The notes: generated by a model from the sequence alone, not told the origin. DNA of 64,000 nt from an uncultured Gemmatimonadales bacterium (GCA_963779755.1 CAVZZO010000003.1:800001-864000), one strand, 5' to 3'; numbered from the stretch's first letter, positions 11,717 to 24,109 are shown. A program made the numbers and translations.

Positions 11717-11748
11717 TATTCGGTTACCTTCCCTGCACAAGGAACCGA

Positions 11749-11829
11749 TCCCTGGTCCCTGTCCCTGGTCCCTGACTCCTGATTCCTGATTCCTGATTCC
11801 TGATTCCTGCTTCCTGCTTCCTGCTTCCT
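11749..11829. repeat. 7-bp tandem array (TCCCTGG/TCCTGAT/TCCTGCT)n
   Basis: Directly visible; abuts ATG at 11831; complementary units at 9541-9570 and 61855-61940. Confidence 0.9.
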
Positions 11830-11830
11830 C

Positions 11831-12613
11831 ATGCCCTACACTACTCTGCTCTTCGAGATCCAGGACGGCATCGCCACCGTCACTATCAACCGCCCGGACA
11901 AGCTCAACGCACTGAACGACCAGGTCATCGCCGAGCTGGGACGGGCGGCAGACCAGATCGCCGGCGATGCCGGGATAAAGGGTGCCATCCTCACCGGCGC
12001 CGGCGCCAAGGCGTTTGTGGCCGGCGCCGACATCGCCGAGCTGTCCCGGCAGGATGCCGAATCGGGCCGGCGGCGGGCGCTGGCCGGCCAGGCGGCCTTC
12101 CGGCGGCTGGAACGCTGCGGCAAGCCGGTCATCGCGGCGGTCAACGGCTTCGCGCTGGGCGGAGGCTGCGAGCTGGCCATGGCCTGCCACCTCCGCATCG
12201 CGTCCGAGAACGCCCGCTTCGGCCAGCCGGAAGTGAAGCTGGGCCTCTGCCCCGGTTACGGCGGGACGGTCCGCCTGCCCCGGCTGGTGGGCCGTGGCCG
12301 CGCCCTGGAACTGTTGCTGGGCGGCCAGATGATCGACGCGACGGAAGCCTGGCGCATCGGCCTGGTGAACCGGGTGGTCCCGGCCAGCCGGCTGCTGGAG
12401 GAATGCCGCACCCAGCTTCAGACCATGCTGGAGAATGCCCCGCTTGCCCTGCGGGCCTGCCTGGAATCGGTGGATTCCTCGCTGCAGGTGACGCTGGACG
12501 AGGGGCTCCAGATCGAGGCGGCGCATTTTGGCCTGCTCTCGGCGACGGGCGACATGCGCGAGGGCACCGCGGCCTTTCTGGAGAAGCGCAAACCTGCCTT
12601 CCGCGGCCACTAG
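11831..12613 (+). CDS. Enoyl-CoA hydratase / crotonase
   Basis: INRPDKLNAL, AFVAGADI, KPVIAAVNGFALGGGCELAMAC, FGQPEVKLG, FLEKRKP. Confidence 0.94.
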   Translation: MPYTTLLFEIQDGIATVTINRPDKLNALNDQVIAELGRAADQIAGDAGIKGAILTGAGAKAFVAGADIAELSRQDAESGRRRALAGQAAFRRLERCGKPVIAAVNGFALGGGCELAMACHLRIASENARFGQPEVKLGLCPGYGGTVRLPRLVGRGRALELLLGGQMIDATEAWRIGLVNRVVPASRLLEECRTQLQTMLENAPLALRACLESVDSSLQVTLDEGLQIEAAHFGLLSATGDMREGTAAFLEKRKPAFRGH

Positions 12614-12690
12614 CTATCTGGTTCAGCCATGGGGGCTTAGGTCGCCTCCGTTCCCCTGTGATTCCGGGGGCCGGGAGGCTAGATTAGAGG

Positions 12691-13125
12691 ATGGAATTTG
12701 AGCACTTCCGGCGGACGGTTCCAGCCTTGAAAACCACGCTCGCGCTCCCCTTGCTGGCGGCCCTGCTGGCCGGAGGCTGCGCCCAGCGCGACCGGCTCAC
12801 CTTTCCGGTCGCGCCCACCGGCCCGGGGCCGCAGGTGACGATCGAAGTCCCCACGGCCGACACCGTCGTGGCGCCGGGGCCCGCGCTGCTGGTAAGCGGC
12901 CACGCCACCGGAGCCAACCCGCTCGACACGGTGTATTTCGATGTGGTGGGCGGCGTCAGTTCCTTTTCGCCCTATATCGCCGATCCCGGGCAGGACACGG
13001 TCAGCTTCCAGCTTCCGATCACCACGCAGGGACTGTCGGGAGACACCATGTTCGTCCAGGTCCGGGCGGTCGATGTGCTGGGGCTGCGGGGCAGCTCGGT
13101 CCAGCGTCGGGTGGTCGTGCAATAG
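12691..13125 (+). CDS. Hypothetical lipoprotein with beta-rich (Ig-like) domain
   Basis: Hydrophobic leader ending LLAGGC; stop overlaps recF start; true start may be downstream. Confidence 0.6.
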   Translation: MEFEHFRRTVPALKTTLALPLLAALLAGGCAQRDRLTFPVAPTGPGPQVTIEVPTADTVVAPGPALLVSGHATGANPLDTVYFDVVGGVSSFSPYIADPGQDTVSFQLPITTQGLSGDTMFVQVRAVDVLGLRGSSVQRRVVVQ

Positions 13126-14203
13126 TGCGCCTCGAGCGGCTGGCGGTCCGCGGCTTTCGCAACCTGGAGGATCTGGAGCTGGATATCCCCGCGGCCGGGC
13201 TGGCCCTGCTGGGCGAGAACGGGCAGGGCAAGACCAACCTGCTGGAAGCCATCTACTATCCGGTCCTGTTCCGCTCCTTCCACGGCGCGGCCGATCAGGA
13301 AGTGGTGCGCTTCGGCGGCATGGGGTTCCGGATCGAGACCGGCTTTCGCACCGGCGGCGCGCCGCAGCAGGTCGAGACCACCTATCTCGCCACCGGGCGC
13401 AGGAAGCGCGTCAGCTTCGGCGGAGAAGAATGCCCCCGCCTGGCCGACGGCGTGGGCCGCTGGCTCGCGGTGGCGTTTCTGCCGGAAGATCTCCGGCTGG
13501 CCTCCGGGCCCGCCTCCGAGCGGCGGCGTTACCTCGACCGCATGCTCTCGCTGGCCCATCGCGGCTACCTCACGGCTCTGGGGCGGTATCGCTCCGCGCT
13601 GGCCCAGCGCAACGCGGCCCTGCGGCAGGCGCGTCCCGACATCGTCCGGGCCTTCGACCGCCCGCTGGCGGCGGCGGGCGCCCAGGTGGTGAGCGCGCGC
13701 CTGCGGTGGGTGGAAGCCGGAGCGCCGGCCTTTGAACGGGAGATGCGCCAGTTGGGCAATGTGACGGCCGGCCTGCACTACGCCGGCAACCCCGCCCTGG
13801 CCGATGAACAGGCCTGGCCCGCCGCGCTGGCCCGCTCATCCGAGTCGGACCAGAGCCGGGGAGCCACCGGGGTCGGGCCGCACCGCGACGACCTCCGGCT
13901 CCAGCAGGACGGCCACGAGCTGCGCGCCTACGGCTCCACCGGCCAGCAGCGCACCGCGGCCATCGCGCTCAAGCTGCTGGAGCTGGAGACGCTGGAGCTG
14001 GCGCGCCGGGTTCCGCCCGCCCTGCTGCTCGACGATGTCTTCGCCGAGCTGGACCGGGGCCGCCAGGAACGGCTGGCCGACCGGCTCCGGCAGGCGGGAG
14101 ACCGGCAGGTCTTCCTGAGCTCGCCCCGGGCGGAGGAGCTGCCCGGCAACCTGGAGCTGCCGGTGCGGCACATCCGGAGCGGCGCGCTGGAACCGGCGGT
14201 CGT

Positions 14204-14207
<4 letters not shown>
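13125..14207 (+). CDS. recF: DNA replication/repair protein RecF
   Basis: GFRNL, GENGQGKTNLLEAI, GPASERRRYLD, GPHRDDL, STGQQR, LLLDDVFAELD. Confidence 0.96.
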
Positions 14208-16481
<2,274 letters not shown>

Positions 16482-16482
16482 G

Positions 16483-16562
16483 GGGGGACAGGGGAGAAGG
16501 GACAGGGGACAGGGAGAACGAGACCCCCTGTCCCCTGTCCCTTGTTCCTTGTCCCTTCCCCT
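16483..16562. repeat. Inverted pair of 7-bp tandem repeats (GGGGACA)n/(TGTCCCC)n between convergent genes; possible bidirectional terminator
   Basis: ggggggaca ggggagaagg gacaggggac agggaga ... ccctgtcccctgtcccttgttccttgtccc. Confidence 0.75.
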
Positions 16563-17047
16563 TAGTTCTTCATCAACCGTTTCAACAGCCCGATCTGTCC
16601 CGTGTGATACGCGTCGTGCGACGCCAGGCCGTGCAGCGAGGCGGCCACGGTCCAGCGGCGCCCCAGCGGGCGGTCGAGTGTGGTGTCGGAGAGCCCGGTG
16701 ACGACCTGGCAGAGCCGGTCGTGCTGCTCGTCCAGCAACGCGAGGTCTTCGCGCCACGCCTGCTGCGTGATCCGCTCCGGGAGCGGTGGCCAGTTGCTGC
16801 GCCCCCGCGCGAAGCCGCCCCGTTTCCCGCCCTCCAGCCGCCGCCGCATGGCGTACTTCCAGTAGGCGGCATGGAGTAGCAAAGCCCAGCAGCTGTTCCG
16901 CCCCGGTCCGGGGGTCCACGCCGCCTGACGGGCGGTGAGGCCCCGGAGCGAACCGCGCAGCGATGTCCCCTGCCAGGCGTTGCCCCGGTAGTTCCGCTCC
17001 AGGAGATCGAGCAGGAGTGCCACTCTGCCCCTTCCCGCGGCGCTCAC
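16562..17047 (-). CDS. DinB-family protein
   Basis: AWQG.SL..L.GLT..QA, LLHAAYWK, HGLASHDAYHTGQI metal-binding His motif. Confidence 0.88.
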   Translation of the reverse strand: MSAAGRGRVALLLDLLERNYRGNAWQGTSLRGSLRGLTARQAAWTPGPGRNSCWALLLHAAYWKYAMRRRLEGGKRGGFARGRSNWPPLPERITQQAWREDLALLDEQHDRLCQVVTGLSDTTLDRPLGRRWTVAASLHGLASHDAYHTGQIGLLKRLMKN

Positions 17048-17412
17048 GCGGCCCTCCCGGCCGTCCCGCCCTCCGCCAAGGCCCGTTTCACCAGCCGGAG
17101 CAGGTCCTCCAGCGGCAGCTCCGGGTCGGATGCCACCGAGAGATGCCCGCCCGGCAGCGCCAGCACCAGATGACGGCAGCCGCGATACCCCACCACGACA
17201 TATTGCAGCTCCCCCGCCCCCAGCAGGGCTCGCTGGCCCAGCAGGGTCAGCAAGGTGGGATGCACGATCAGTTCTTCATAACTGTCCGACTCCTCCGAGG
17301 TCATCGCCCGGATCCCCGTGGCGCTGTGCATGTCCAGCCGGCCGTTCTGATAGAGCGCGGCGTAGCGGATCCGGGGTGAAAGAGCCAGCAACCTGCCGGG
17401 CAAATCGGCCAT
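17044..17412 (-). CDS. Hypothetical protein (possible roadblock/profilin-like fold)
   Basis: ATG after GGAGG, stop overlaps next gene; IRYAALY...ESDSYEELIVHPTLL; fold is a guess. Confidence 0.6.
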   Translation of the reverse strand: MADLPGRLLALSPRIRYAALYQNGRLDMHSATGIRAMTSEESDSYEELIVHPTLLTLLGQRALLGAGELQYVVVGYRGCRHLVLALPGGHLSVASDPELPLEDLLRLVKRALAEGGTAGRAA

Positions 17413-17428
17413 GGTATCCTCCGGGGCC

Positions 17429-17926
17429 TCAGGCCATCCAGGCCCGATAATGGGTTACGGTCGGCTCGAGCTCGAGCAGGTAGTCGCGATCCTCCGGGTA
17501 GTAGCGCGCGCGGGTGATATCCCCGCCAGCAAACGCCGCGATGGCCTGCTCCGATTCCCACAAGGAGAGAAAATGGAAATGCGCCACGTCCCCCTCGACC
17601 CGGCGCAGGACCACCACGCCGCGGTTCCCCGGCGTGGACCGGGCCTCCGCCACTCCGGTCCGCTGCAGGTAGGCGAGGTAGTCCCCGGCACGCGCGGCCG
17701 GAACCATGCCGTGCCACAGCCGGCCAACCCGCGGTGGGTGGGGCTCCTCCGTGCCGACTCCAGAGCGGCGCAAAGGCGCATCCAGCCCTCCCGCCTGCTG
17801 TCGGGAATAGGCCACCCAGCCCCAGGCCCATGCCCGGAGCAGCCGGGAGGCAAGCCCCGGGATTCCTGCCAGCAACCCGGAGGGACGGAGCCCTTGCTGG
17901 GGCAAGGCGATACGGGGGGAAGTCAT
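17429..17926 (-). CDS. Antibiotic-biosynthesis-monooxygenase (ABM) domain protein
   Basis: RLWHG...DYLAYL..TG.....TPGNRG...LSLWES..AI.AFAG.DI..ARYYPED; start uncertain. Confidence 0.8.
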   Translation of the reverse strand: MTSPRIALPQQGLRPSGLLAGIPGLASRLLRAWAWGWVAYSRQQAGGLDAPLRRSGVGTEEPHPPRVGRLWHGMVPAARAGDYLAYLQRTGVAEARSTPGNRGVVVLRRVEGDVAHFHFLSLWESEQAIAAFAGGDITRARYYPEDRDYLLELEPTVTHYRAWMA

Positions 17927-17947
17927 ATGCTCACCATGACGGTCAAG

Positions 17948-18022
17948 TAACCTGTATATCCGCCTAAGCTGGTTATAAGCTACGATTGCCTTGATAACCT
18001 GTCAAGGCTATTTTGAAGGTTA
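17948..18022. promoter_or_regulatory. Two TAACC-N18-GGTTA inverted repeats in the divergent ABM / CGNR intergenic region
   Basis: TAACC 17948-52 with GGTTA 17971-75; TAACC 17995-99 with GGTTA 18018-22. Confidence 0.65.
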
Positions 18023-18660
18023 TGACGCTGCATGAGGATATCCGCTCCATCCCGATCGTGGGGGGGTGGCTCGCCCTGGATTTCGCCAACACCACCAGCG
18101 AGCGGCATGGCGGAGCGCCGCACGAGCGTCTGGTGGACTACCCGGCCCTGCTGGTTTGGGCCGGCCGGGTCAGTCTGCTGAGCGAGAAGGACATGGCGCG
18201 GTTGGGGAGGATGGCTGCAAGCCATCACGAAGCGGCCCAGCAGGCCCTGGCAGCGCTCCTGGCCTTCCGGGAGACCATCTATCGGGCCTTCTCCGCCCTC
18301 GCGGCGGGAAGCGCGCCTGCACCCGCGGATCTGGAACGGCTGACGCAGGCAAGGCGGGAGGCCGCCGTTCATCATCGTCTGGCGCCGGGGGGAGAAGGCT
18401 ACGCCTGGACCTGGGAAGGAAATGACGGCGACCTGGCCGGGCTGTTGCACCCGGTGGCGGAAAGCGCCGTCCAACTGCTGCTCTCCGGCGACCTGGAGCG
18501 GGTGAAGGAGTGCACCGGGGAGGACTGCAACTGGCTCTTCATAGACGCCAGCCGGAACCGGAGCCGGCGCTGGTGCGACATGCGCGACTGCGGCAACCGG
18601 GCCAAGGCGCGCCGGCACTACGCCAGGGTCCAGGGGAAAGGACGGAGGAATGAAGACTGA
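18022..18660 (+). CDS. ABATE / CGNR zinc-finger putative regulator
   Basis: GGWLALDFANT N-terminus; RVKEC..C.WLFID.SRN.SRRWCDMRDCGNRAKARRHY. Confidence 0.92.
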   Translation: MTLHEDIRSIPIVGGWLALDFANTTSERHGGAPHERLVDYPALLVWAGRVSLLSEKDMARLGRMAASHHEAAQQALAALLAFRETIYRAFSALAAGSAPAPADLERLTQARREAAVHHRLAPGGEGYAWTWEGNDGDLAGLLHPVAESAVQLLLSGDLERVKECTGEDCNWLFIDASRNRSRRWCDMRDCGNRAKARRHYARVQGKGRRNED

Positions 18661-18684
18661 GTGGTCCTCAGTCCTCCGTCCTTT

Positions 18685-19782
18685 TCATCTGATCGCGGTA
18701 TATCCTCCCGGCGCCAGGCTGGTGGCCAGCATGACGCTATTGATGTCCTCGTGCTCTCGCCACGATTCGGCGGCCTGATGCGCCGGATCGAGCCAGAAGG
18801 ACTCGATGCGCCGGGCCAGCTCCAGCCAGGGCCCCATCACGTCGAACCCCGCGGCGGCACGAAGCCCGATCGCCAGCCCCAGCTCGCGGAAAGCCAGCCG
18901 CGTGTCAGCCGGCCGGTCGAGCGGTCGTTGGGCGAGCCAGGCCTTCAACCCTGCCAGCGCCGCCTCCAGCAGCTCGCCCGCCAGGGCTTCGGCGTCCAAC
19001 CCGGGCGCATCCAGCCGGACCAGCTTCTGTGCGTCCTCCAGCAGCCCGCCCAGGCCCAGAGGATCGTCGGTCCACCACCGTGTCCCGCCGGAGATCTCCC
19101 GCAACTCGGCGATCTCGCGGCCGAGTGACGGCCCGGCCGGCTCGTTCCCGCGGTGGGCCTCGAGCTGCAGGCAGGTAATCCAGCCGTCGAGCGGATCGTG
19201 CTGCCCCATGCTGGCGACCAGGGGCCGGCTCAGATCAACACTCATCTTCCAGTACATGCGGCGCAAACCGCCGCCGGGCGGCTGATAGACAAACGCGCGG
19301 TGCGCCCTTGCTGCCAGTTCCCTGGCCCACCGGTTCGGCTCGGGATCTTCATGAACACGCGAGACCTGGTCCAGCGCGTGCATCCACCGGGTGAGATAGT
19401 GGTAATACTGGCCGTCGCGCTCCCATTCGAGATCGGGATCGAAGGGTTCGCCCGCGGGCCGCTCGGGGAGCGGCTTGCCGATGCGGAGCCCTCCGCCCGT
19501 GGGGTGGAGCCGGGCGGCCTGGTCATCCAGGCCGCTCAACCAGCCGGTGCGCGTATCGTCGGGGCGGTAACGACCCAGGGTGTGATGGACCTGCTCCACC
19601 AGCCGGAACGCCATGCCGGCGCTGGCGCGATCGCCGGCGGCCTCCAGCCCCAGGAAGTTGCAGACCGCGAACGCATCGGTCCACAGGTAGCGGCGGGGTG
19701 CGCGCCCGGCATCGCTCAGCCCGGTGCGCCGGGCAAACCAGGCCATGAGCTCCGAGGCAGCCCGTTGGCGATCGGCCGGCAC
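18685..19782 (-). CDS. Conserved hypothetical protein (RYLWTDAF...DGQYYHYLT.W type)
   Basis: 365-aa ORF with ordered motifs RRYLWTDAFAV, GGLRIGK, DGQYYHYLTRWMHAL, MGQHDPLDG, LAFRELGLAIG, HEDINSVM. Confidence 0.75.
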   Translation of the reverse strand: MPADRQRAASELMAWFARRTGLSDAGRAPRRYLWTDAFAVCNFLGLEAAGDRASAGMAFRLVEQVHHTLGRYRPDDTRTGWLSGLDDQAARLHPTGGGLRIGKPLPERPAGEPFDPDLEWERDGQYYHYLTRWMHALDQVSRVHEDPEPNRWARELAARAHRAFVYQPPGGGLRRMYWKMSVDLSRPLVASMGQHDPLDGWITCLQLEAHRGNEPAGPSLGREIAELREISGGTRWWTDDPLGLGGLLEDAQKLVRLDAPGLDAEALAGELLEAALAGLKAWLAQRPLDRPADTRLAFRELGLAIGLRAAAGFDVMGPWLELARRIESFWLDPAHQAAESWREHEDINSVMLATSLAPGGYTAIR

Positions 19783-19786
19783 GGCC

Positions 19787-20011
19787 CTATCCCTGCCGGG
19801 GCACGCCGGGCCCCCAGTCGGAGCCGGGATAGTCTTCGTCCGGATTCTGGTAGGTACCCAGCTCCTTCACCTCCTGCTCGGCGGCATCAGTCTCGCCGGG
19901 ATCGTCGTCCGGGTCCCAGGTGCGGGCCCTGGCCGGGGGCGGCCGCCGGCTCAGCAGGAGCCAAGCGAGCAGCACCAGCAGGGCGGCGACGAAGACGAAC
20001 GCGCCAATCAC
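19787..20011 (-). CDS. Small single-TM membrane protein
   Basis: GTG overlapping upstream stop; hydrophobic N-terminus then acidic tail ending DWGPG. Confidence 0.6.
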   Translation of the reverse strand: MIGAFVFVAALLVLLAWLLLSRRPPPARARTWDPDDDPGETDAAEQEVKELGTYQNPDEDYPGSDWGPGVPRQG

Positions 20012-21339
20012 CCGGCGAGCTCCTCTACCCCGGCCCCGGTGACCCGGTGAGAGACCAGCGGCAGGCAACTGGCCGGCCCCTCACCGATGACGATCGCCTG
20101 CTCCAGGGCGCGCCGGGCGATCTCCACTCCAGCGGCGTCCCGGGCGAAGAGGGACGCTACCGGCTCGCCCGCCTCGACCCGATCGCCCGGCTTGACCCGG
20201 ATGTCGAAGCCGACGGCGGGGTCGATCGCCTGATCGACCCGGGTGCGTCCCCCTCCCAGCTCGACGACCGCGCGGCCGATGGTCCGGGGTTCGACCCGTA
20301 GCACCGTGCCCCCCGCCGGTACCTGATAGAGCTCGACCATCTCCGCCCGGGGCAGAAGCCCGGCATCATCCAGCACCCGCGGATCGCCGCCCTGCGCCTC
20401 GATCAGGCGGCCGAAGCGCTCGCGCGCCGTACCGGCGCCGATGGTCTCCTCCAGCCGCCGCCGAGCGTCCACCCGATCGCGGGTGACGCCGCCCAGCAGC
20501 AGCATCTCGGCGCCCAGGGCGAGGGTGACCTCCATGAGATCCCGGGGGCCCTGCCCTTCCAGCGAGCGGATCACCTCCTCCACCTCCAGCGCGTTCCCCA
20601 CCGCGCGTCCCAGCGGCCGGTCCATGGCGGTGAGCAGGGCGACGGTGGGACAGCCCCGCGCCTCGCCCAGCCCGATCATGGTCTGCGCCAGCTCCAGGGC
20701 GCGGGGCAGCTCGGGAAGAAACGCGCCCGATCCGGTCTTCACGTCCAGCACCAGGCCGGTCAGCCCCTCGGCCAGCTTCTTGGACATGATGCTGGCGGAG
20801 ATGAGCGGAATGGATTCGACCGTGGCGGTGACATCGCGCAGGGCGTAGAGTTTCCCGTCGGCGGGCGCGATCTCGGGCGTCTGCCGCAGCATGACGCAGC
20901 CCAGCCGCCGCACCAGCGTCTCCGCTTCGCGCAGGGAAAGGGAAGTGTGAAATCCGGGAATGGATTCGAGCTTGTCCACGGTCCCGCCGGTGTGCCCCAG
21001 TCCCCGGCCGGACATCATGGGGACGGCCACGCCGCAGGCGGCGACCATGGGAACCAGCAGCAGCGAGACCTTGTCCCCTACCCCCCCGGTTGAATGCTTG
21101 TCCACCCGCGGCGTGTCCCATCCGGTGAAGTCCAGTCTGTCCCCTGAGCCGGACATGGCCTCGGTGAGCGCGTCCAGTTCGGCCGGCTCAAGGCCGCGCC
21201 AGTAGACGGCCATGAGGAGTGCCGCCATCTGGTAGTCCGGCACGTCCCCTGCTGTGTACCGCTCGATGAGTGCGGCCCATTCGGCGGGCGCCAGGGCGCC
21301 GCCGTCGCGCTTGCGTTCGATCAGGGCAGGAATCACCAT
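20008..21339 (-). CDS. pdp: Pyrimidine-nucleoside / thymidine phosphorylase
   Basis: LIERKRDG, DKHSTGGVGDK, MMSGRGLGHTGGTVDKLESIPG, LYALRDVTAT, SIMSKKLAEG. Confidence 0.94.
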   Translation of the reverse strand: MVIPALIERKRDGGALAPAEWAALIERYTAGDVPDYQMAALLMAVYWRGLEPAELDALTEAMSGSGDRLDFTGWDTPRVDKHSTGGVGDKVSLLLVPMVAACGVAVPMMSGRGLGHTGGTVDKLESIPGFHTSLSLREAETLVRRLGCVMLRQTPEIAPADGKLYALRDVTATVESIPLISASIMSKKLAEGLTGLVLDVKTGSGAFLPELPRALELAQTMIGLGEARGCPTVALLTAMDRPLGRAVGNALEVEEVIRSLEGQGPRDLMEVTLALGAEMLLLGGVTRDRVDARRRLEETIGAGTARERFGRLIEAQGGDPRVLDDAGLLPRAEMVELYQVPAGGTVLRVEPRTIGRAVVELGGGRTRVDQAIDPAVGFDIRVKPGDRVEAGEPVASLFARDAAGVEIARRALEQAIVIGEGPASCLPLVSHRVTGAGVEELAG

Positions 21340-21384
21340 TAGGGTACCTTCCAGGGACACCCGAAGACCTATCAAGGAGCTCGC

Positions 21385-22176
21385 ATGCGAAGCGCGAGTC
21401 TGCTGTTCACCGCGGTGCTGGCGCTCGGCGCCGCCCCGGTGGCGGCGCAGACGGTCGACCAGCATATCGCCGCCGGGCGGGAAGCCGCGGATAACCGCGA
21501 CCCCCGCGCGGCCCTGCAGCACTTCCAGGAGGCGCTGCAGCTCGACTCCACCAACTACCAGGCCAACTGGCTGGCCGCCAAGGCGCTGATCGACATCGGC
21601 AAGCAGACGCCCGATTCGGTCAAGAGCCCCGAGCGGGACTCACTCTACAACCTGGCCGAAACATACGCCCGCCGGGCGGTGACGGCAGACCCGGACAGCG
21701 CCGATGGCCACTACATCCTGGCGGCCGCGATCGGCCGCGCCTCGCTCACCAAGAGCAAGAAGGAGCGGGTGCGGCGGGCGGCGGAGATCCGCAGCGAAGC
21801 GCTCCGGGCGCTGGAGATCGACCGGGACCACGGCGGCGCCTACCACGTGCTGGGACGCTGGAACGCCGAGATCATGCGGCTGAGCGGCCTGACCCGCTTC
21901 TTCGCCAAGAACTTCCTGGGCGGAGCCATCTTCAGCCAGGCCTCGTGGGACAACGCCATTGAGAACATGAACTACGCCATCCAGGTGGATCCGACCAACA
22001 TCTATCATCGCCTGGACATGGCCGAGATACTGGTGGACGTGGGGCGCTACAGCGAAGCCCGGGAACAGCTGCAGAAGATCGCGGGGCTCCCGGTCAAGGA
22101 TGTGATGGACCCGCAGTACAAGAAGGACGCGGCGGCGCTGCTGCAGCGGATCGAGGGGAAGGAGGATAAGAAGTAG
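21385..22176 (+). CDS. Exported TPR-like protein
   Basis: Signal peptide AxA-Q; helical repeats (ALQHFQEALQLDSTNY, ALRALEIDRDHGGAYHVLG). Confidence 0.8.
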   Translation: MRSASLLFTAVLALGAAPVAAQTVDQHIAAGREAADNRDPRAALQHFQEALQLDSTNYQANWLAAKALIDIGKQTPDSVKSPERDSLYNLAETYARRAVTADPDSADGHYILAAAIGRASLTKSKKERVRRAAEIRSEALRALEIDRDHGGAYHVLGRWNAEIMRLSGLTRFFAKNFLGGAIFSQASWDNAIENMNYAIQVDPTNIYHRLDMAEILVDVGRYSEAREQLQKIAGLPVKDVMDPQYKKDAAALLQRIEGKEDKK

Positions 22177-22250
22177 GGAAGTCTTTCTCTCGCGTCCTGA
22201 CTTTCTACGACCCCCTCGATCGCTCTGAGTGGTCGAGGGGGTCGAGGGGG

Positions 22251-23010
22251 TCAAGACGGAGCTCGCGACGCGACTCGCGGCCCACGGCTCAGATCTGGGG
22301 CGTTGGCCGGCTCAAAAGGGCACAGGGGCCGGAGAGGACCGAGCGGACATTCGGGAAGGTCTCCAACCAAGCCGGTGCGGATCTCCCCTGATTCCCCACC
22401 CGACCGGTTGGCCCAGTCGGGACAGACGTATCCCCAGCGGCGGAGGGTAGCCTCCAGCATCCATTCCCAGCCGGGGATCTCAACCGTGTTTCGGAAGGAC
22501 TCCAGCCCACACAGGTCCACCCACCGGCGTACCGTCCTCGCATCGTGTCCGGAGCAACTGGCGAGAAAATCCACGGAAGCTCCCGGCATGAGCTCGGCTC
22601 GAAACTTCAGCCGGATCAGCGCGCCAACTCTGCTCCATTGCGTGCGTGTCAGGCAACCGAGCTCGCGTACTCGACGCACCCGGGTTCGGGAAGAAGACGA
22701 ATACCCACTCAGCTGTATCGGCTCCTCTGGCGCGAGGAAGCACTCCGCCGGGCAGCGCAATCGCGGTGAACGCCCCGGGAAGCGGAGCGATGGTCCGGAG
22801 GAAGAGATCGGTGGATTCGTCCGGCTTGCTCTTTACCACCAGACACACCGGACACCAGGGCGCGGAGAGGGCGGCGGGCAGTACCCCGGCGGCCGCGGCG
22901 AGAACGTCACCGCCCTCTACCAGAAGAATGCTGCCGTTTGGCGGGGCGGCGGTCCCGAGAGGGCCTGCCTCCCAGGACGGCGGCGTTATGCACGTCACCT
23001 GCAGGGACAT
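22251..23010 (-). pseudogene. Degenerate putative HTH regulator split over two frames, divergent from the module array
   Basis: MSLQVTCITPPSW... frame switches near 22750 to ...SVDFLASCSGHDARTVRRWV (HTH-like)...PGWEWMLEATLRRWGYV. Confidence 0.4.
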
Positions 23011-23157
23011 GCCAGACTCGAGATCAAGATACGTGAGCATGCAGCCCGGCTCCTGCCCTGTCAAGGCGTGCAGGAATCGGCCACGAATGGCCTGCGGTGG
23101 TATGGCAGCCGACTCTGAAGATCGCCAGCTTGAACCACCTCCACCAGGATCTCCTGC

Positions 23158-24014
23158 ATGGGTCGGTGTCTGCGAGGGACTGCACTGTTGCTTGCCCTGG
23201 CTCCACCGCCTGCGGGACCGCCGGGCAGCAAGCCCGGCTCGATCGCTTATCCCTCCGGGTGGACAGCCTGGCCCGCACGCTCACGGCCGTGGTCGCCGCG
23301 CAACGCGGCCAGGGGGCGGCCGTACCCGGCACGGCCGATGTCACCATCGGCGCCCTCCCGATTGCCGGCTCGCCGGCCGCGCCGATCACGATCGTGGAGT
23401 TCACCGACTACCAGTGTCCCTTTTGTGGTCGGCACGCGCGGGAGACACTGCCGGTCATCCGGCGGGACTACATCGCGCGCGGGCTGGTCCGGTATGTCGT
23501 ACGCGATCTGCCCCTTCCCATCCATGCGAATGCTCAGCCGGCAGCCAGGCTAATGCGATGCGTGGCCCGGCTTGATCCCAAGGCCTTCTGGCCCCTTCAT
23601 GATTCGCTGTTCCATCCCCGACATGAGCTTTCGGACTTGCTCCTGACCTCGTTTGGGAGGCAGACCCGTATCGCTCCGGGGCTGCTACACGAGTGTCTTG
23701 TGGATTCCACGGTGGAACAAGGCATCGCGCAGGATGTGAACGATGCGACGGTGGCCGGGCTCCGGGGTACGCCGTCCTTTGTGATCGGGTGGACCCGGGA
23801 AGACGGGCAAGTACGAGGGCGTACGATCTCGGGGGCGTATCCCATTGAGGTCTTCCGGCAGTTGCTGGATTCACTGGTCGCCGCCCAGCGGACGGGGGCC
23901 CAGACTGGCAGTCGTTCATCCACGCCCAACAACAGGGGCCTCTATGTATCGAGCAATCCGGAGTGCCGCAACGGTCTTTGCCCTGGGACTCCTCCCGATC
24001 CTGGCGGGTTGTGA
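23158..24014 (+). pseudogene. DsbA-like thioredoxin lipoprotein, module 1 (1-bp deletion in signal peptide near 23203)
   Basis: IVEFTDYQCPFC and GLRGTPSF motifs; adding one base restores MGRCLRGTALLLALAxTAC with Cys19, exactly as in paralog 31085..31942. Confidence 0.8.
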
Positions 24015-24109
24015 AGGCAGCGCCGGCGCGCCCACAGCGGAGTCCCCTCCCATTCCCACCCTTGACGGACCCGGCACCGGACGTCAGAGTCTGGTGATAG
24101 GTGGGCCGG

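Noticed and set aside
11581..11829. Possible CRISPR array
   Set aside because: Contiguous 7-8 bp units with no unique spacers; no cas genes in the window
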